DNA of 63,953 nucleotides, the filler included, from Folioceros fuciformis (lineage: Eukaryota): assembly GCA_049999805.1 (NCBI GenBank). It is 11 parts of 11 records of this genome, joined end to end, with 100 filler letters (N's around TTAATTAATTAA, not from the genome) between each part and the next. Parts side by side here need not be neighbours in the genome. Positions count along the whole stretch, not along the records: positions 44,119 to 51,698 come from JBNGIO010001854.1; positions 51,799 to 54,412 come from JBNGIO010001857.1; positions 54,513 to 62,145 come from JBNGIO010001858.1; 8 more parts are not named here. One strand, 5' to 3'. The translations under genes were made by a program, and so were the position numbers. The notes under the pieces are model-generated. The model had not been told where the DNA came from. It was given only the letters and a program-made list of their open reading frames with translations, and searched no databases. Each line of letters starts with the position of its first letter. Position 1 is the stretch's first letter. Positions 48,796 to 61,493 of the stretch are shown piece after piece.

Positions 48796-50165
48796 GGCTG
48801 GTTCTACGTTCTGTGGCCCAGCGAAGAACTTGTGACCGGCGGAAAGGGGGCGAGCCACTCTTCTCTCGAATGGCACGCTCCGTCCATCAGCTGCTGCGTT
48901 GCTGACGAGGCAATGATTCCTGCCTCATACAGTGACCAACAGCGGTAGCAAACAAACGGCCTTCGAGGCATTTCAGCATAAAGCTGAGCGTGTGATACTC
49001 TTGAGCTTGCCAGCGCACCTCTTCGTCATTGATTCTCGTAGCAATACAACAATTAGTACTGTACCAGCTAATAGCGGCGGCTTTTAGGAGAGCCAATGCC
49101 CTGCTGCCTGGGGCCTCGACCCTGATCTTGTCGATGTATTTTCCTGTTTTGATTTTCGCCGGTGAATGTCCATAAATGTTGGCGCATCCCGGTCGTCCCC
49201 TACTTTTGATGCTTTGCTGCCCAGGCCGCAACTTGCCAAGCCTTCTTCTGTGCGTGTTGGCACATTATGTCGGGCTCGTTCTCCCATTGGATGCTTTCCT
49301 GCTTGAGGCCGCAACTTTGCCATCTCTCGTGCATGTTGGTGCGTGCCTTCCATACATATATACATATTTCCAGGCTTTCCTCTCAGTTATCCAGAATTTT
49401 CCTTCATCCCGCCATCTCATCAAGATTCTCGTCCACCTTGTCGGCAGGAAAGGAAAATGAGGTCAGAAGTTAAATCTTTCTGAATTGCGTGGCCGCGCCG
49501 AACACGAGGCTCTTACGCCGGTCAGGAACTATTACATGCATAGGCAGCCAAAAACAGCGCTACATCTTGCTTTTGGGGGAGAAGGAGGAGGGCATTCATC
49601 GGACATGCAGCACACCGACGTGATATTTACCATCGTGATTTCTTCTATTGCCTGTTCATCAGGAAGGTCGTTACACATGCTTTTCGAGCTACAACAACCC
49701 TACAGCAACTCGTACAACAAGAGCGTTATGCAAACCGGTAGTAGTGTCTAATGAAGGACAGCCGGGTGTCCTGCGATGTGAACTCCGCTAAATGTTCCAC
49801 AGGAAGGTTTGAAGTCCTCCCAAAGAATGAAGGGTCCTTTGCCGCGAGCAGAGGTAGAAGACGGACGAAGAACTGCTCCGCAAGCAAGGTTTTAAGTACT
49901 CCCAAGACCAAAAAATCTGCTACGAGCTGGAGGAGTGACGAAGGACTTCTCCGCTGGAAAGATTTCTCGCCTTACCTCTCGCGAGCTTGTCCGCACGCAT
50001 CGTTTCTCGGCTTACCCCTTGCAAGATTGTCTGCTTGCAAGATTTCTCGCCTCACCCCTTGCAAGATTATCCGCTTGCAAAACTGCTCAAGTCAAACTTC
50101 AACCTCAAAATTTCCCACCTCGCGCGACATGGCTAGTCTTCACAGCTGCAAGACATAGCTCGCCT

Positions 50166-51428
50166 TCACGCTTGCACAATCGCTCCGGCTCTGTACCAGC
50201 AAGAACCGAGGAAAAGGCTGTGGATAATCACATCTGCGTGCTCACCAGCCGCGGCGCGGGCTGGCCCGGCCATTTCCCCTGTCAGCACGAAGATCTCGTT
50301 CTTGTGCCCGAACGCCCGAGGGGCATGGATGTTGAAGGAGTCCTGGACAGGGGTGCCGGGGCCGGCCACGTTGTGCCACTTCCCGGACTTGAAGCTAAAT
50401 TGTTGGAAGGAGTGTGTGAGCGTGAGGTTGAAGATGCAAGAGTCAGTGGCCACCAACTCCCCATCCTGCAACCCGGAGCTGCTCATCTGGATGTCCCGGT
50501 GCCAGACGTCCGCTACGGGATCATATACCAGCACCACGGTTTGCTGCGACTCCATGAGGAAGCCCTTGACGAAGAGCTTGCCTTGGAAAACGAGGTCACA
50601 GTCGATGGTGTCCAGCGGCACTGGCATGTCGCACGCCTTCCTCCACTCGTCCCTCCGCACGTCGTAAACATCGGTGCAGATCTCCACCTTCCCGCGAGCG
50701 CTGTACCCCCCGGCGATGTAGAGGCAGCCGTCGATCACTCCGCATGCAAAATTACTCCTAGGAACACGCATGGGCGCGCCCTGGAACCACCTGTGCGTCA
50801 CCGTGTCCAAAACATGGACGTGCCCCGTCCGCGAGCGGCTCCCGTAGAGGGACTTCCTTCCGCCGATGAGGAGCACGGAACCGTCCACGGCCGCGAGCCT
50901 ATACCCGTCCAGCCCCGCCTCCTGCGACAAGTTGCAGGAAGGGGGCAACGAGACCTTGCACAGCATCTGCCTGGTGCTCAGGTCATACACGCAGCACGTA
51001 GCCTGGGGCGAGGCAGCCACATCCGTGCACAGCACGAAGAGCCACGCGTCCGAAAACCCCAAGGCCTTCCGGTAGCGGTAGAAGTCGAGGCAGGTGAGCA
51101 CCGAATTCCAAGTGCTGGACACGGCCCGGAGATTGCCGTGGTGCAACCGGGGCACCCGCAGCAGGCACAGCAAAGCAACATGGTCGGGCAGCCCAGGAAT
51201 GATCTCCGGCCTCTCCATCAGCCCTAGCACCTCTTCGCACATTCCACACAAGCACGCACACTGCGTCCGAGGTTCGATCTCCAGGTCTTCACCGGCTCCT
51301 ACACCAGAGCTACAAGTTCCAGCTCCGACTCCTCGCCGCATGCTCCTGCTCCAGAGCTCCAAACTCAAGCTCCAGCGGTTGCATCCTCCGTCGGCGCGCT
51401 GGACCCTCAAGAGAAGAGGCAAATCCAC
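50166..51428 (-). CDS. F-box/kelch-repeat protein, intronless (true start may be further downstream)
   Basis: IIPGLPDHVALLCLLRVP..VSSTW, VLLIGG, W.QGAPMRVPRSNFACGVIDGCLYIAGG, VYDV..DEW. Confidence 0.9.
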   Translation of the reverse strand: MDLPLLLRVQRADGGCNRWSLSLELWSRSMRRGVGAGTCSSGVGAGEDLEIEPRTQCACLCGMCEEVLGLMERPEIIPGLPDHVALLCLLRVPRLHHGNLRAVSSTWNSVLTCLDFYRYRKALGFSDAWLFVLCTDVAASPQATCCVYDLSTRQMLCKVSLPPSCNLSQEAGLDGYRLAAVDGSVLLIGGRKSLYGSRSRTGHVHVLDTVTHRWFQGAPMRVPRSNFACGVIDGCLYIAGGYSARGKVEICTDVYDVRRDEWRKACDMPVPLDTIDCDLVFQGKLFVKGFLMESQQTVVLVYDPVADVWHRDIQMSSSGLQDGELVATDSCIFNLTLTHSFQQFSFKSGKWHNVAGPGTPVQDSFNIHAPRAFGHKNEIFVLTGEMAGPARAAAGEHADVIIHSLFLGSCWYRAGAIVQA

Positions 51429-52294
51429 ATCGGGTCAAGCTCCAACGATAACGAGGCGACGTCCAATTCATGTCCCCGGCACACCACTGCCGCAACGCTA
51501 GTCTTTGAAGACGAGCAACCAAATCCGACATCGCAGATCGGACCCAATGCAACGCTGGCGCGCACAACCGGACCAGGAGGCTCAACTAGGCACAAGAGTA
51601 TCGCCCGGGCAGCGCCAGATATTTCGATTTGATTCAATTCTATTCGATGCGGGCTTTCCCAATAGGAGGTCGGGCAGATATGGAGTTAGCCTGTCACGNN
51701 NNNNNNNNNNNNNNNNNNNNNNNNNNNNNNNNNNNNNNNNNNTTAATTAATTAANNNNNNNNNNNNNNNNNNNNNNNNNNNNNNNNNNNNNNNNNNNNGC
51801 TCAGATGTGGGACGATGAAAGTGCAGGGTAGGAGATGTAGGTGGAACAACTAATTGAAATGGCTTCATCGTCCAGTCGCAAAATGCGACGGTGGCGCATA
51901 GCAGCGTGGACTTGAAGTCGCAAGTCTGTATGTACCAGCCCGCCGTCGTTGCTGCAGGTTCATGGGGCTCTGGAGGATTCAGGAGGACGCTACGAAGAGT
52001 GAAGAGTTTGCGTGATGTGATGCTCTGTCTGACCTACATTCGGTACGAGGCACTCCCAAAGATCTAGGACTGTCCGTCCTACTTCTCCTACAAGTCCTCT
52101 ACTGATGTTATCGCCCGAGATTTCCTACTTGTCGAGGTGAAGGAGTGTTCCAGGCACTTCCCCGAGTTTCATTCCTACTGGAAGTTATGAACCCTCTCCA
52201 CAATGCAAAAACATCAAAACAATGATATGAGGGAGCTGGATCTTGGTCCAGGAGCTAAAGCAATCCTCGCCACGGGATTTTCTGTCTTAGCCTC

Positions 52295-53386
52295 GTGGCA
52301 AAGTGCGTGATCCTCTGGAAGTGGCCGTGCTCAGGATCGATTCCCGATTCCCTGTCGCATCTTCGCGTGGGGTTTCTGGACATGTCGTTCAACCGGCTGT
52401 CTGGACAGATTCCGGAAAACCTGGGGTTCGGAGGTCCTTACTGGATCACAGCTGGTGCGGGGGCGACTGTGGTGACCGCATCCTCAGACTCAACAATAAC
52501 CAGCTCTCAGGAGTTCTGAATCTTCCGTCGCTGTGGGGGATCGGGTACATCCACCTCAGCCACACCGTGCTCACCAGTTGGGCAATGGGAGCGTTTCGCC
52601 CATTTGCATTGTAGAGAGCTTGGGCTCTCCATGCAAGACCAATGGCATCACCACGCAGCGCATGGAAGTTCAACGTTTTACTGTAGATGTACACTCCATC
52701 GTGTGCAAGGTTGACACGCACTCCAGGTGCACTCTATGACTGAGCGGGTCAAATCCCTCCATGGGTGTTCCAGCTCTACAATGCAGAACCCCTTCATCTA
52801 TCCCAAAACAGGCTCACCAAGTTGCCTACATTCGACGGCCTGCTGAGACTACTCCACACCAATCTCTCTGCCAACGCCATCACCGGGGAGATTGCACAGG
52901 AATTTACTTGGCTTCGGCGTGTCGAGGTCTTGGACCTGCACAAGAATCAGTTCACGGGGTCCAACCGCACAGCACAGGCTTTGGTTCGGAATCGTCGTGC
53001 CTCCTTCGCTTCCTCAGCTTTGGCGAGAATCACCTCACAGGTTCCATCCCCTCACACATCTTCAACGCTACCAGCAAGACACTCAGCTTCAACAAGAACA
53101 AAGTTGTCGAGACCCATCCCAGAATGTCACGAGTGCGTCTTCAACCAATAATGCGCTTTTCTCCGACAACGAGCTCACCGGCCCGCTCCCAGCTTCCCCT
53201 GTCACTAATTACAGTGCGACGGCATTGAAGGTGGGCAACAAGAACTTCACAGGGCCTATCCCCGACATCAGCACTGCTTGCCACAACACGGCATCGCACA
53301 ATTTCGTAGTGGTACAAAACCTGCTGACAAGCTCGATCCTTCCTGCCAGAGCGAAGCTCTGCTGGTACTACGCTCTGAGGGTTTAA
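52295..53386 (+). pseudogene. Plant extracellular LRR (RLP/RLK-like) pseudogene with multiple frameshifts
   Basis: SGSIPDSL..LDMSFNRLSGQIP, LRLNNNQLSG, NLSANAITGEI, LDLHKNQFTG, LSFGENHLTGSIP, spread over three frames. Confidence 0.8.
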
Positions 53387-53690
53387 CTCATACTTCGGGT
53401 GATTATTTTGTTGTGTAATAAAATAAAACTTTTTTTTTTTTTTAAGTGTGACAACTCATACTTGGATGATTTTTTATTTTTGTAATAAGATTTTATTTTT
53501 TTTTCCCATTATGACAACTCACCCTTGGTTGATTTGTTTTGTTGTGCGATAAAAACTATTCTTTTTTCCATTGTGATAACCCACACTTGGGTGATTTATT
53601 TTGTTATGCAATGAAACCTATTTTTTTCCCATTGTAACAACTCATACTTGGATGATTTATTTTGTTATGCAATGCAAAACCTAGTGTTTT
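53385..53690. repeat. AT-rich ~62-bp tandem repeat x5
   Basis: acaactcatacttggatgatttattttgtt..aataaaa..ttttttcccattgt repeated. Confidence 0.85.
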
Positions 53691-54512
53691 AGATTATGAA
53701 AACGTTCACTTGGGTAATGTTCTACTTCGCCTTTTGTATGCAGGCTTATTATAGACTTTTGAACCATTTATAAAGGTGATGACTCGACCTTTTGTCCAAA
53801 ACAAATGAATGAGAAATCTATCTACCCCATAACCAAGGGGTGCGCAATGCAACGAACTACGCCAAGCTAGGGTAACTAGCAGTGTAATCAAGAAACTCAA
53901 AATTACCAAAACTACTAATAAGTGGTGTCATGGCTTAGAAAGTCTGTTAGAGTTTTGCATTTGTGTGAACTTGTTGTGCAGATCGGTACCACATGAGTTG
54001 ATCACTCACGGCAAATATGTGCGTAGAAAGGGTAAATCCCTTGCGTTTTGACTAAAGAGACAGTTAATGGATGAAAAGTTCTCACACAAGAACGGTTGGA
54101 GAGTACGGTTTTTGGTGGTTAACTTTGTGCACAGTTTATACTGGTTTAGGAATGTCCATCCAGGTAGTTGGTAATGGAATAGTGTAAGTATATAGTGATC
54201 AAGAAAGAATGATTGGGCATTCTTTTGATAGTTCGCTTAGAAAGCTTGATGAAAAGGGAATGCACGAAGTGCTACGGACCATTCGATTTCAATTGAGAAG
54301 CTTGTAGTGAATTGAACAATTGAATCAAAGCTTTTGTGTTACAAATTTGCGTTTGCATGTATCATTGCATTTGAAAACGTGGCAATGGTGTGACGTAGAG
54401 CACCGTCGGACTNNNNNNNNNNNNNNNNNNNNNNNNNNNNNNNNNNNNNNNNNNNNTTAATTAATTAANNNNNNNNNNNNNNNNNNNNNNNNNNNNNNNN
54501 NNNNNNNNNNNN

Positions 54513-54590
54513 CTGGGCTGGGCTGGGCTGGGCTGGGCGGGGCTGGGCGGGGCTGGGCGGGACGGGCGGGACGGGTGGGACGAGGCGGGG
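54513..54590. repeat. (GGGCT/GGGCG)n microsatellite at contig start
   Basis: Directly visible in the sequence. Confidence 0.9.
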
Positions 54591-54830
54591 CCGGGATCTG
54601 TCTGCCCAGACAGGCCGGATCTTGGCGGCCTGGATCCGGCCGGAGCCAGGAATCGCGTCTCGTCCGCTGGAGACGCGTCTCGCTCACGTTCTTGGGGGAA
54701 TTGGCACAACCTGCCGATGCAAGCCGTGCAGGAGCAGGCTAGGCCACAGATGCGGCTGCAGCAGCAGCGGCGATGAGAGCCAGGCCATGGACGCTGGCAG
54801 CCAAGGCGTACATTTAGGATTGTGGCTGAC

Positions 54831-57553
54831 ATGATCGGGGGTTCGGGAAACCGGACCCATTCCGCGCGCAACGTCGGCAGCAATTCATGGCACCAGCAGC
54901 CTGCTGCCGCGCCAGGCCTCCCTGCGCACCATGGCAGGGCGTTTGCCAGGCAGAGCAGGGGACCCTGGGGCCTGTTGCAGCAGTTTCGCTGGAGTCCCAA
55001 GCTCTTCCGGATGCTCAGCTCCCGACGCCTGCTGGCCTTGTTGCTCGTCCTTGCGTCGATAGCGATGTTCGTCACCTACACCGTGGTCGTCTCCGGCGGG
55101 CATCCGCAAGGTGCGCGCGCTTTCGCTGCTTCGTTTGGGACTGTCAAGTCCTGCTTTGCTGCGGGAAGAACAGGTAGGATCTCCCTGGCGCGGATGGACG
55201 GATCGCTTCACCTGGTGTGGGAGAAAGAAGCTAGGGTTCTGTGCTTCGTTTTAGTAATCGTGTCGGTGCTTCTCTCACGTTCTGGTGAACGGAATTTCAG
55301 ATCGAGAGGTGGCCGCCAGCATTCACGAAGCCTCTGTCACCAGCATTCTCGAAGGGGAGCCTTCGTTGGAAACCAATCTGTCCTTTTTCCGCCCGGCGCA
55401 TCGTGTTCCTCCGTCCCCTTTCCTATTCTTCTGGGATCAGTCGCTGCCTCCGGGCCATCCGTGTCAAGATTTCACTTTGCCGCCACCTCCAGCTGATAAG
55501 AAGCGCACAGGACCTCGTCGTAAGTATGCGGCCTTCTGGATTTGCTCAAGTCTCTCCGTGCCTTCTGCGGACCTTGTTATGCTTATGGCCCTGCTTCTGA
55601 TGGTACAGCATGTCCGGTGTGCTACCTGCCCGTAGAGCAGGCAATGGAAGAAATGCGCAGACCTCCACGGCTTGATGCCCCAGTTCTGAAGCAGCTGTCT
55701 TACGTAACGGACCTCAATATCCAACTAGTCCCCAAAGGGAAAGGGGCTGCAGGCTCTAAATTCGGGGGCTACCGAACGCTAAAGGACAGAGAGATGTCGT
55801 TTGATATCAGAGAGTCAATGAATGTGCACTGCGGGTACGTTTTCTGCCTGCACGTCCTCGTGGTTGGGTTCTCATAGCATCGATGGTCTTGATTCTTGAT
55901 GGTTTTTACAAGGTCGTGTCCCGCAGATTTGTTCAGGGTAGATATCCAGGAGTTGGAACGGGTTTTGATATAAGCTCAGAAGATTTAGATGATATGATGG
56001 CATGCAGGGGAGTTGTTGTCGCTTCTGCCATATTTGGTAAGCTTGCAGCAGCTGATCCTTCGTCTATTTTTGGCAGGCCATGCCCTGTGTGGGATGGTTG
56101 AGCTGCAACTATTTCTGGCTGGTGCCAACTGCATTAAACTAGTCGCGTGCCCATATGCAGGTAATTATGATCAGATGCAACAGCCAAAAAATATTAGCGA
56201 GCAAGCTAGGAAGAATGTTTGTTTTTTCATGTTTGTAGATGAGGAAACCGGGTTTGCCATTTCGGAAGATGGCACAATAGAAGTCCCAAAGAAGGTGGGC
56301 CTGTGGAGGGTGGTTGTGGTGCACAAGTTGCCGTACAAGGATGCACGACGTAATGGTAAGGTACGTTTCTATCGTTATCAAACGCTGTTGACACTTATGT
56401 TTCTGTCCCATGAGTGTGGGGTTCATCTAACCTCCGTTGTACTAAGAGTCGTACACTGCTACCTGAACATGCTTGGGCAGATACCTAAGTTATTGATCCA
56501 CCGGCTTTTCCCCAATGCACAATACTCCCTGTGGCTGGATGGTAAGCTCGAGCTTGTGGTCGATCCTTACCAAATTCTTGAGAGGTAACCGAACTCCTCG
56601 GCTCGTGTTTTCTCAAGGTTGAAGTGTCATCTCCCTGTGGTTGCTGACTACACCAACATGGTGCCAAAATACATTTTTGGTGACCAATCAGATTCCTCTG
56701 GAGAAGTAGGGATGTATATGCAATTTCAAAGCACTACAAACGCTTTGACGTATTCGAGGAGGCCGAAGCAAATAAGGCCGCTGGGAAGTATAGAAATGTG
56801 TCCATTGATGAGCAAGTGGAGTTCTATCGCCAGGAAGGGATGACCCCTTACACTGATGCAAAGCTTCCCATTGTGAGTGGTACGTATGGTGTTGGAAACG
56901 TGAAGTTCTCTTTCAGTTTTCATGAGTTGGGGGAGTATTAAGACCAGTTGATTCATATGCAGACGTACCTGAGGGTTGCGTTATTATCCGTGCACATACA
57001 CCTCTAGCGAATCTGTTTTCATGCCTCTGGTTCAATGAGGTCGATCGTTTTACTTCCAGAGACCAGTTGAGTTTCGGTATAGTGAGGGATAAGCTGATGG
57101 CAAAAGCTCCTTGGAGGGTCAACATGTTTCTTGATTGTGAGCGAAGGAATTTCGTTGTGCAGGTACGGATGCCTATGTATTGTTTTGGTGCTTGTTTGGT
57201 CTCATCCGTCGCTGCTTGCATTGTCTTCGGTTCTGTTTGTGGGGTTGGGCCCAACTTACGCAAATGTTAGTTTTTGAGTTCGTCTCGTCTCTCGTCCTGT
57301 TGGAACCCCAAATAATCGTTCAGGCTATAGAATTTCAGTTCAGGTGGATCTTGCGCAGGGCTATCACAGGGAGTTATTGGAACAAAAATTGGCCTTACAA
57401 ACTGTCCAAAACGCCACGGTGGCTGGCATGCAAAGTGCTTATGCTAATTTATTGGAAAGTCCTGCCCTTCCAGTGTATAGCCCTCCTCCGAGACCTCGGG
57501 CCCCTCCCTCACGAATTACAAAAAAGGGGACCAAGCGCCGTCCAAAGACGTAA
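54831..57553 (+). CDS. DUF616 (MUCI70-like) putative glycosyltransferase, multi-exon type II membrane protein
   Basis: TM segment, PPPPADKKRTGPR/CPVCYLP, MNVHCGF, VVVASAIFGNYD, CFFMFVDEET, DARRNGKIPKLLIHRLFPN..WLDGKL, FTSRDQLSF, NMFLDCERRNFVVQ. Confidence 0.93.
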
Positions 57554-58144
57554 GGAGCTGGTTGTGGCGCTGGCAAAGGATGCCTTCTTACGAAGGTTCT
57601 AAGGTCTGCGCTAAGGGAGGTCCCGTAGCAAGACAACAGGAATGGAGGTGGCAGGTGATTCAACCCCCGGCAACTGTACTCGTGACTTCCGAGTAAGACC
57701 TGCTGGAACCTCGGTGCAGCGGCTACAGGGCTGGTTGTCGTCAGGAGAGATGCCAGCACTGCGGGCATCTTGAACATAAACGAACGCAAGCCTGAGTAGA
57801 TGCCGAGCACTGTATATGGAATTGTTCGGCGTACTAACCAACTAATTGAAGTAGGATGAACCTCAGCTCCCTCATTTACTGGAGCTTTGCATTCAATTCC
57901 CGAAAAGGGCTTATTCATCGGAAATTAGTTCCATTCCTCTTGGAATCACCTTGAAGAGCTGTCTTATGGCCAACTGCTACGTTTACGACTACCTTTCCGC
58001 CCCACAGGATAAGCTACGCAGATTTTTCGCCTCAGGACACCTCTGATGCTATATGATTTTACTTAAACCTCATGGCGATTTTATACCGGACAACTATACA
58101 GTGTGCCGTGAGCCTCGTTTGTTCATGAGGTAATTAATGGAAAC

Positions 58145-58290
58145 GCAGTTGCTGCGAGGGAGCCAAAGCTGTTGTTGCCATGGAGCCAAAGCAGTTGTTG
58201 CCATGGAGCCAAAGAAGTTGTTCTCAGGGAGCCAAAGCAGTTGATGCGAGGGAGCCAAAGCAGTTGTTGCCAGGGAGCCAAAGCAGTTGC
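58145..58290. repeat. ~21-23-bp tandem repeat (ggagccaaagcagttgttgcca)
   Basis: About six degenerate units between two convergent genes. Confidence 0.88.
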
Positions 58291-58407
58291 TGTCAGCAAG
58301 CCGAATCAAAACTAAACCACTTCATCACCTTGTGAAGAAGATACAGAACGGTGGAGAGCTACTCCTCCTCTCCTCTCCTACAGCAGCCCAGTTCTCACCG
58401 GTATCTA

Positions 58408-59672
58408 TCACGCACTCTTCTTCTTCCTCCTGGGGCTCTTCTTTGGGGTTGGATTGTTGTTGTTGTAGCTGTTCATGTAGTTCTCCTTGTAGTAGTTGTC
58501 ATAGTACTCGTCAAACATGTCATTCATGTTGTAACCGTATGGGTCACTCGAGTCCCCCTTCTTGGAAGACTTCCTTGAAGCCTTGGTGAAATTGTCCATC
58601 GCTTCCTGGAGAGTCTTCATAGAAGCTCCTAGCTCTCCGGCAGTTTTCTGCCTGAGGTACTCTTGGCCATCCTCTTCATAATCACTCAAAAGCTTGTTGT
58701 ACTTCATGAAAGCCGTAACCACGTCATTCAGAAGCTCCGGAGGCAAAGTGTTGGACTGCAGACAGGGCAAGAACAAATGCGACGATCAGAGCAGGCTCTT
58801 AGCAAGAGAGCCAACAGCAGAGCCACACACAAGGAGGTAGGTAGGCACTCGCACCACACGAGCCTCGTCCAATGCTTTGGTCAGCTTCTGGAAGCTTTCG
58901 TAATACTTGAGCACGTCGTGGTAAGCATCCCAGCAGTCCAGCAGCGTACCGTTTCTCGTTCCCAAGGCAGACATCACTTTGGACTTGGTCTCCAGATCCA
59001 TATCCGTCCACTTTGCATTGATCAATGCCATGAAAGCATCTCGAGCTTCTGGAACGGGGATATGCGGAAGTTTGATTGAAATCTTAGGGGCCTCCTCTGG
59101 CTTCTTCTCGCCGTCTTCCGCTTCTTCTTCTTCACCATCATCAGCTCCTTCAGCCCTGACATCAGAATCCCCTTCCACATCCTCAAACTCCGCCTCCTGT
59201 ACCTCAGAAAATTCCCCTCCGAACCTGCTGGCATCTATTTCCTGATCTCGAATTTCCGGAACAACGACATTTTCGGCTTCTTGGACCGGAGCAGACTGAC
59301 TCGAGACCTCTTCCGCGAGCTTAGCAGTGACAGGCACATCCCCCTGCGCCTGCGCCTGCGCAACGTAACACCTACTCCTGCCTCTACAGCCGGCAGGCCA
59401 GACTCGACACACCGCTAAAGCAGGCCTGCTGCTTCTCCGTCCTGCACCAACACATCACCGCATTTCCCCGTCACAACAACAAAAATTGTTTCAGTCAGCA
59501 AGCACATTGTTGGCACGGCAATGGAGACGCGAACACCGAGACCCGTGAAGAAAGGCTTCGCCTCTGGCCGCCGGAGAAACAAAGTCCGAGCATGCGTTTG
59601 CCTCAATGGCACCCGAAAAGTACCGCCACCCACTGCCAAGGCTGCAAAGCAACGACCGAGTTTAGTGGCCAT
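58408..59672 (-). CDS. Divergent SDH5-like (plant succinate dehydrogenase subunit 5-like) protein with organelle-targeting N-terminus, 3 exons
   Basis: LPHIPVPEARDAFMALINAKWTDM and LPPELLNDVVTAFMKYNKLLSDY..YLRQKTAGELGASMKTL align by eye with the two helical blocks of plant SDH5. Plausible GT-AG introns at ~59540-59443 and ~58855-58757. Confidence 0.6.
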
Positions 59673-61493
59673 GGGCAGACTGACACCCTCAACTCGCGTA
59701 CACGAGACGAGCCACCGGATCGCTCCAACCACCCCAAACGCTCACAGGGCAATCGCCGTCCGAAATGGAACCCTAATGGAAACTACGCAACAACACGTTC
59801 TCTTTCCCTTGCTGGTGGAATCATCTAGAAGCTGTCATCTCGTTACGAGAATCTGGATGTAACCCTAAACGTGGAAGGTCAAGCTTAGTTAACTGACCTG
59901 TTACAACTAATTGCAGTATGTTGCTAGTTGCACCAACGTATGTACATTCCATGCCTGTGCATTCCCGTTTCTGAGAGTCTTGTGCGCTGATATCTCACTG
60001 ATCATGGTTCAACTGAGTCTGGTCCTTCCATCTGATTTGTTCACAGGTTCCGAACACACGAACACGAGGTCGGAACTTCTGCGTACATTCAACAAGCAAT
60101 GGGTAAAAGGTGACGGAGGAGGTCGGCAGGACCTGAGAAGAAGGCCTGCGATCCTCATGGAATGCAATGCGTTGCTCTGGTGGATTGCGGGGCACATGAG
60201 ATCCGCAAGCTCTAGAACGCCACTCCTACTGTCAACATATTCGATGCTGACCACGTTCCCTATCGCTTTGGAGCGGTAGGGATCAAGGAAATCCATCAGC
60301 TTCAATAGAGGAAAGGTTTTGAGGCACGGCTTCGCTAGACCGGAATCCTGAAAATGTTCATCATAAGTGACAAACCCGTGAGAATATGTCACGGATCGGG
60401 TGCGTCCCAAGAATTCACGTTACAGCTGTGCTCAATCATTTGAAAGAATTCTGAAATCAAGAAGCCGCATGGAATTCAGTTTCACGGATGCTATCAGCCA
60501 AGCGTAAGACGTGATATCAGAGCTATGAACCTCGAGGAGATTGCCAGCATCATGGTGGCCGGATCGGGACGCGCGCATCAAGGCAGCCACTGCGACAGTC
60601 ATTGCGACCTTTTCGGGGAGCAGCTCCATGGCAAGCTTGCCAATTTCCCCATCCTGTGAATCGTCAAGACCACCTGCTGTGGAATATGGTATCGAAGTGT
60701 GATAAGTCGATACATCTAGTCATTGCTGAGGTTCTCTGACTTCAGAATTTGTCTAAGGCTTCCACAATTCAAAGGAATGGCATCCCTTGAACAGCTCCCA
60801 GCACCTTCTCGGAGGCTGTAAGAGCCTGGAGGAAGGAGATGCGAGGGACAGCCGGCTGGACCAGGTGTACAGTTTCCTGTGTGTCACGATCCGCCCTGTC
60901 CTTCTCAGCGCTTGCAAGATCCGATGCTGACACTTTGTTGCCAACTGCAGTAGATGCACGATCTTGTACCACCACCGGGCCCCTTGCCCAGGCTGGCCTC
61001 GTGCACCAGCACGAACCCCCGCCATGGTGAGATTTCAGATCTAAGATCATCCTTGTCTCCAGCAATCAGCTCAGAATGATGTTTTCTTGCATCGTGCAGG
61101 CAGGAAAATTCCGCCAACACTCGTTCCGGTCTGATTATGCAAAGCTGCGTTCCTCTGCCAACAGTAGCATGGATCCACTCTCCACGACCGGGGGATAGCT
61201 GGCCAGCCTGTCCGCTGAGGGATAGCTCGTATTATGTGCATCCGCTTTCACACTTGCGTACGTGTTCTTTTACGCGCAATGTTTATTACGAATACATGAG
61301 GCCGAGCAATGGGTGAATACCTGATGAATTCATGAATGAGTAGATAATGTGTGTGTGTCCCGATTGGAGGCATGGCCAGAAATATCACAAGGAGGAAAGG
61401 AAAGATCTGGAGATGCTGGCGGGTGAGATTTAGTGGGCGTTTCGGCGGCGGGAACGTAGGGTGTGTGGAAGGAAGAACGGACCAAGGCTAGGA

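Noticed and set aside
49935-51227. 430-aa plus-strand ORF
   Set aside because: Antisense shadow of the GC-rich F-box/kelch gene; no independent motifs.
43460-58290. Regularly spaced repeats at 43.5, 53.4 and 58.2 kb as possible CRISPR arrays
   Set aside because: Units are degenerate head-to-tail repeats without unique spacers, there are no cas genes, and the context is eukaryotic.
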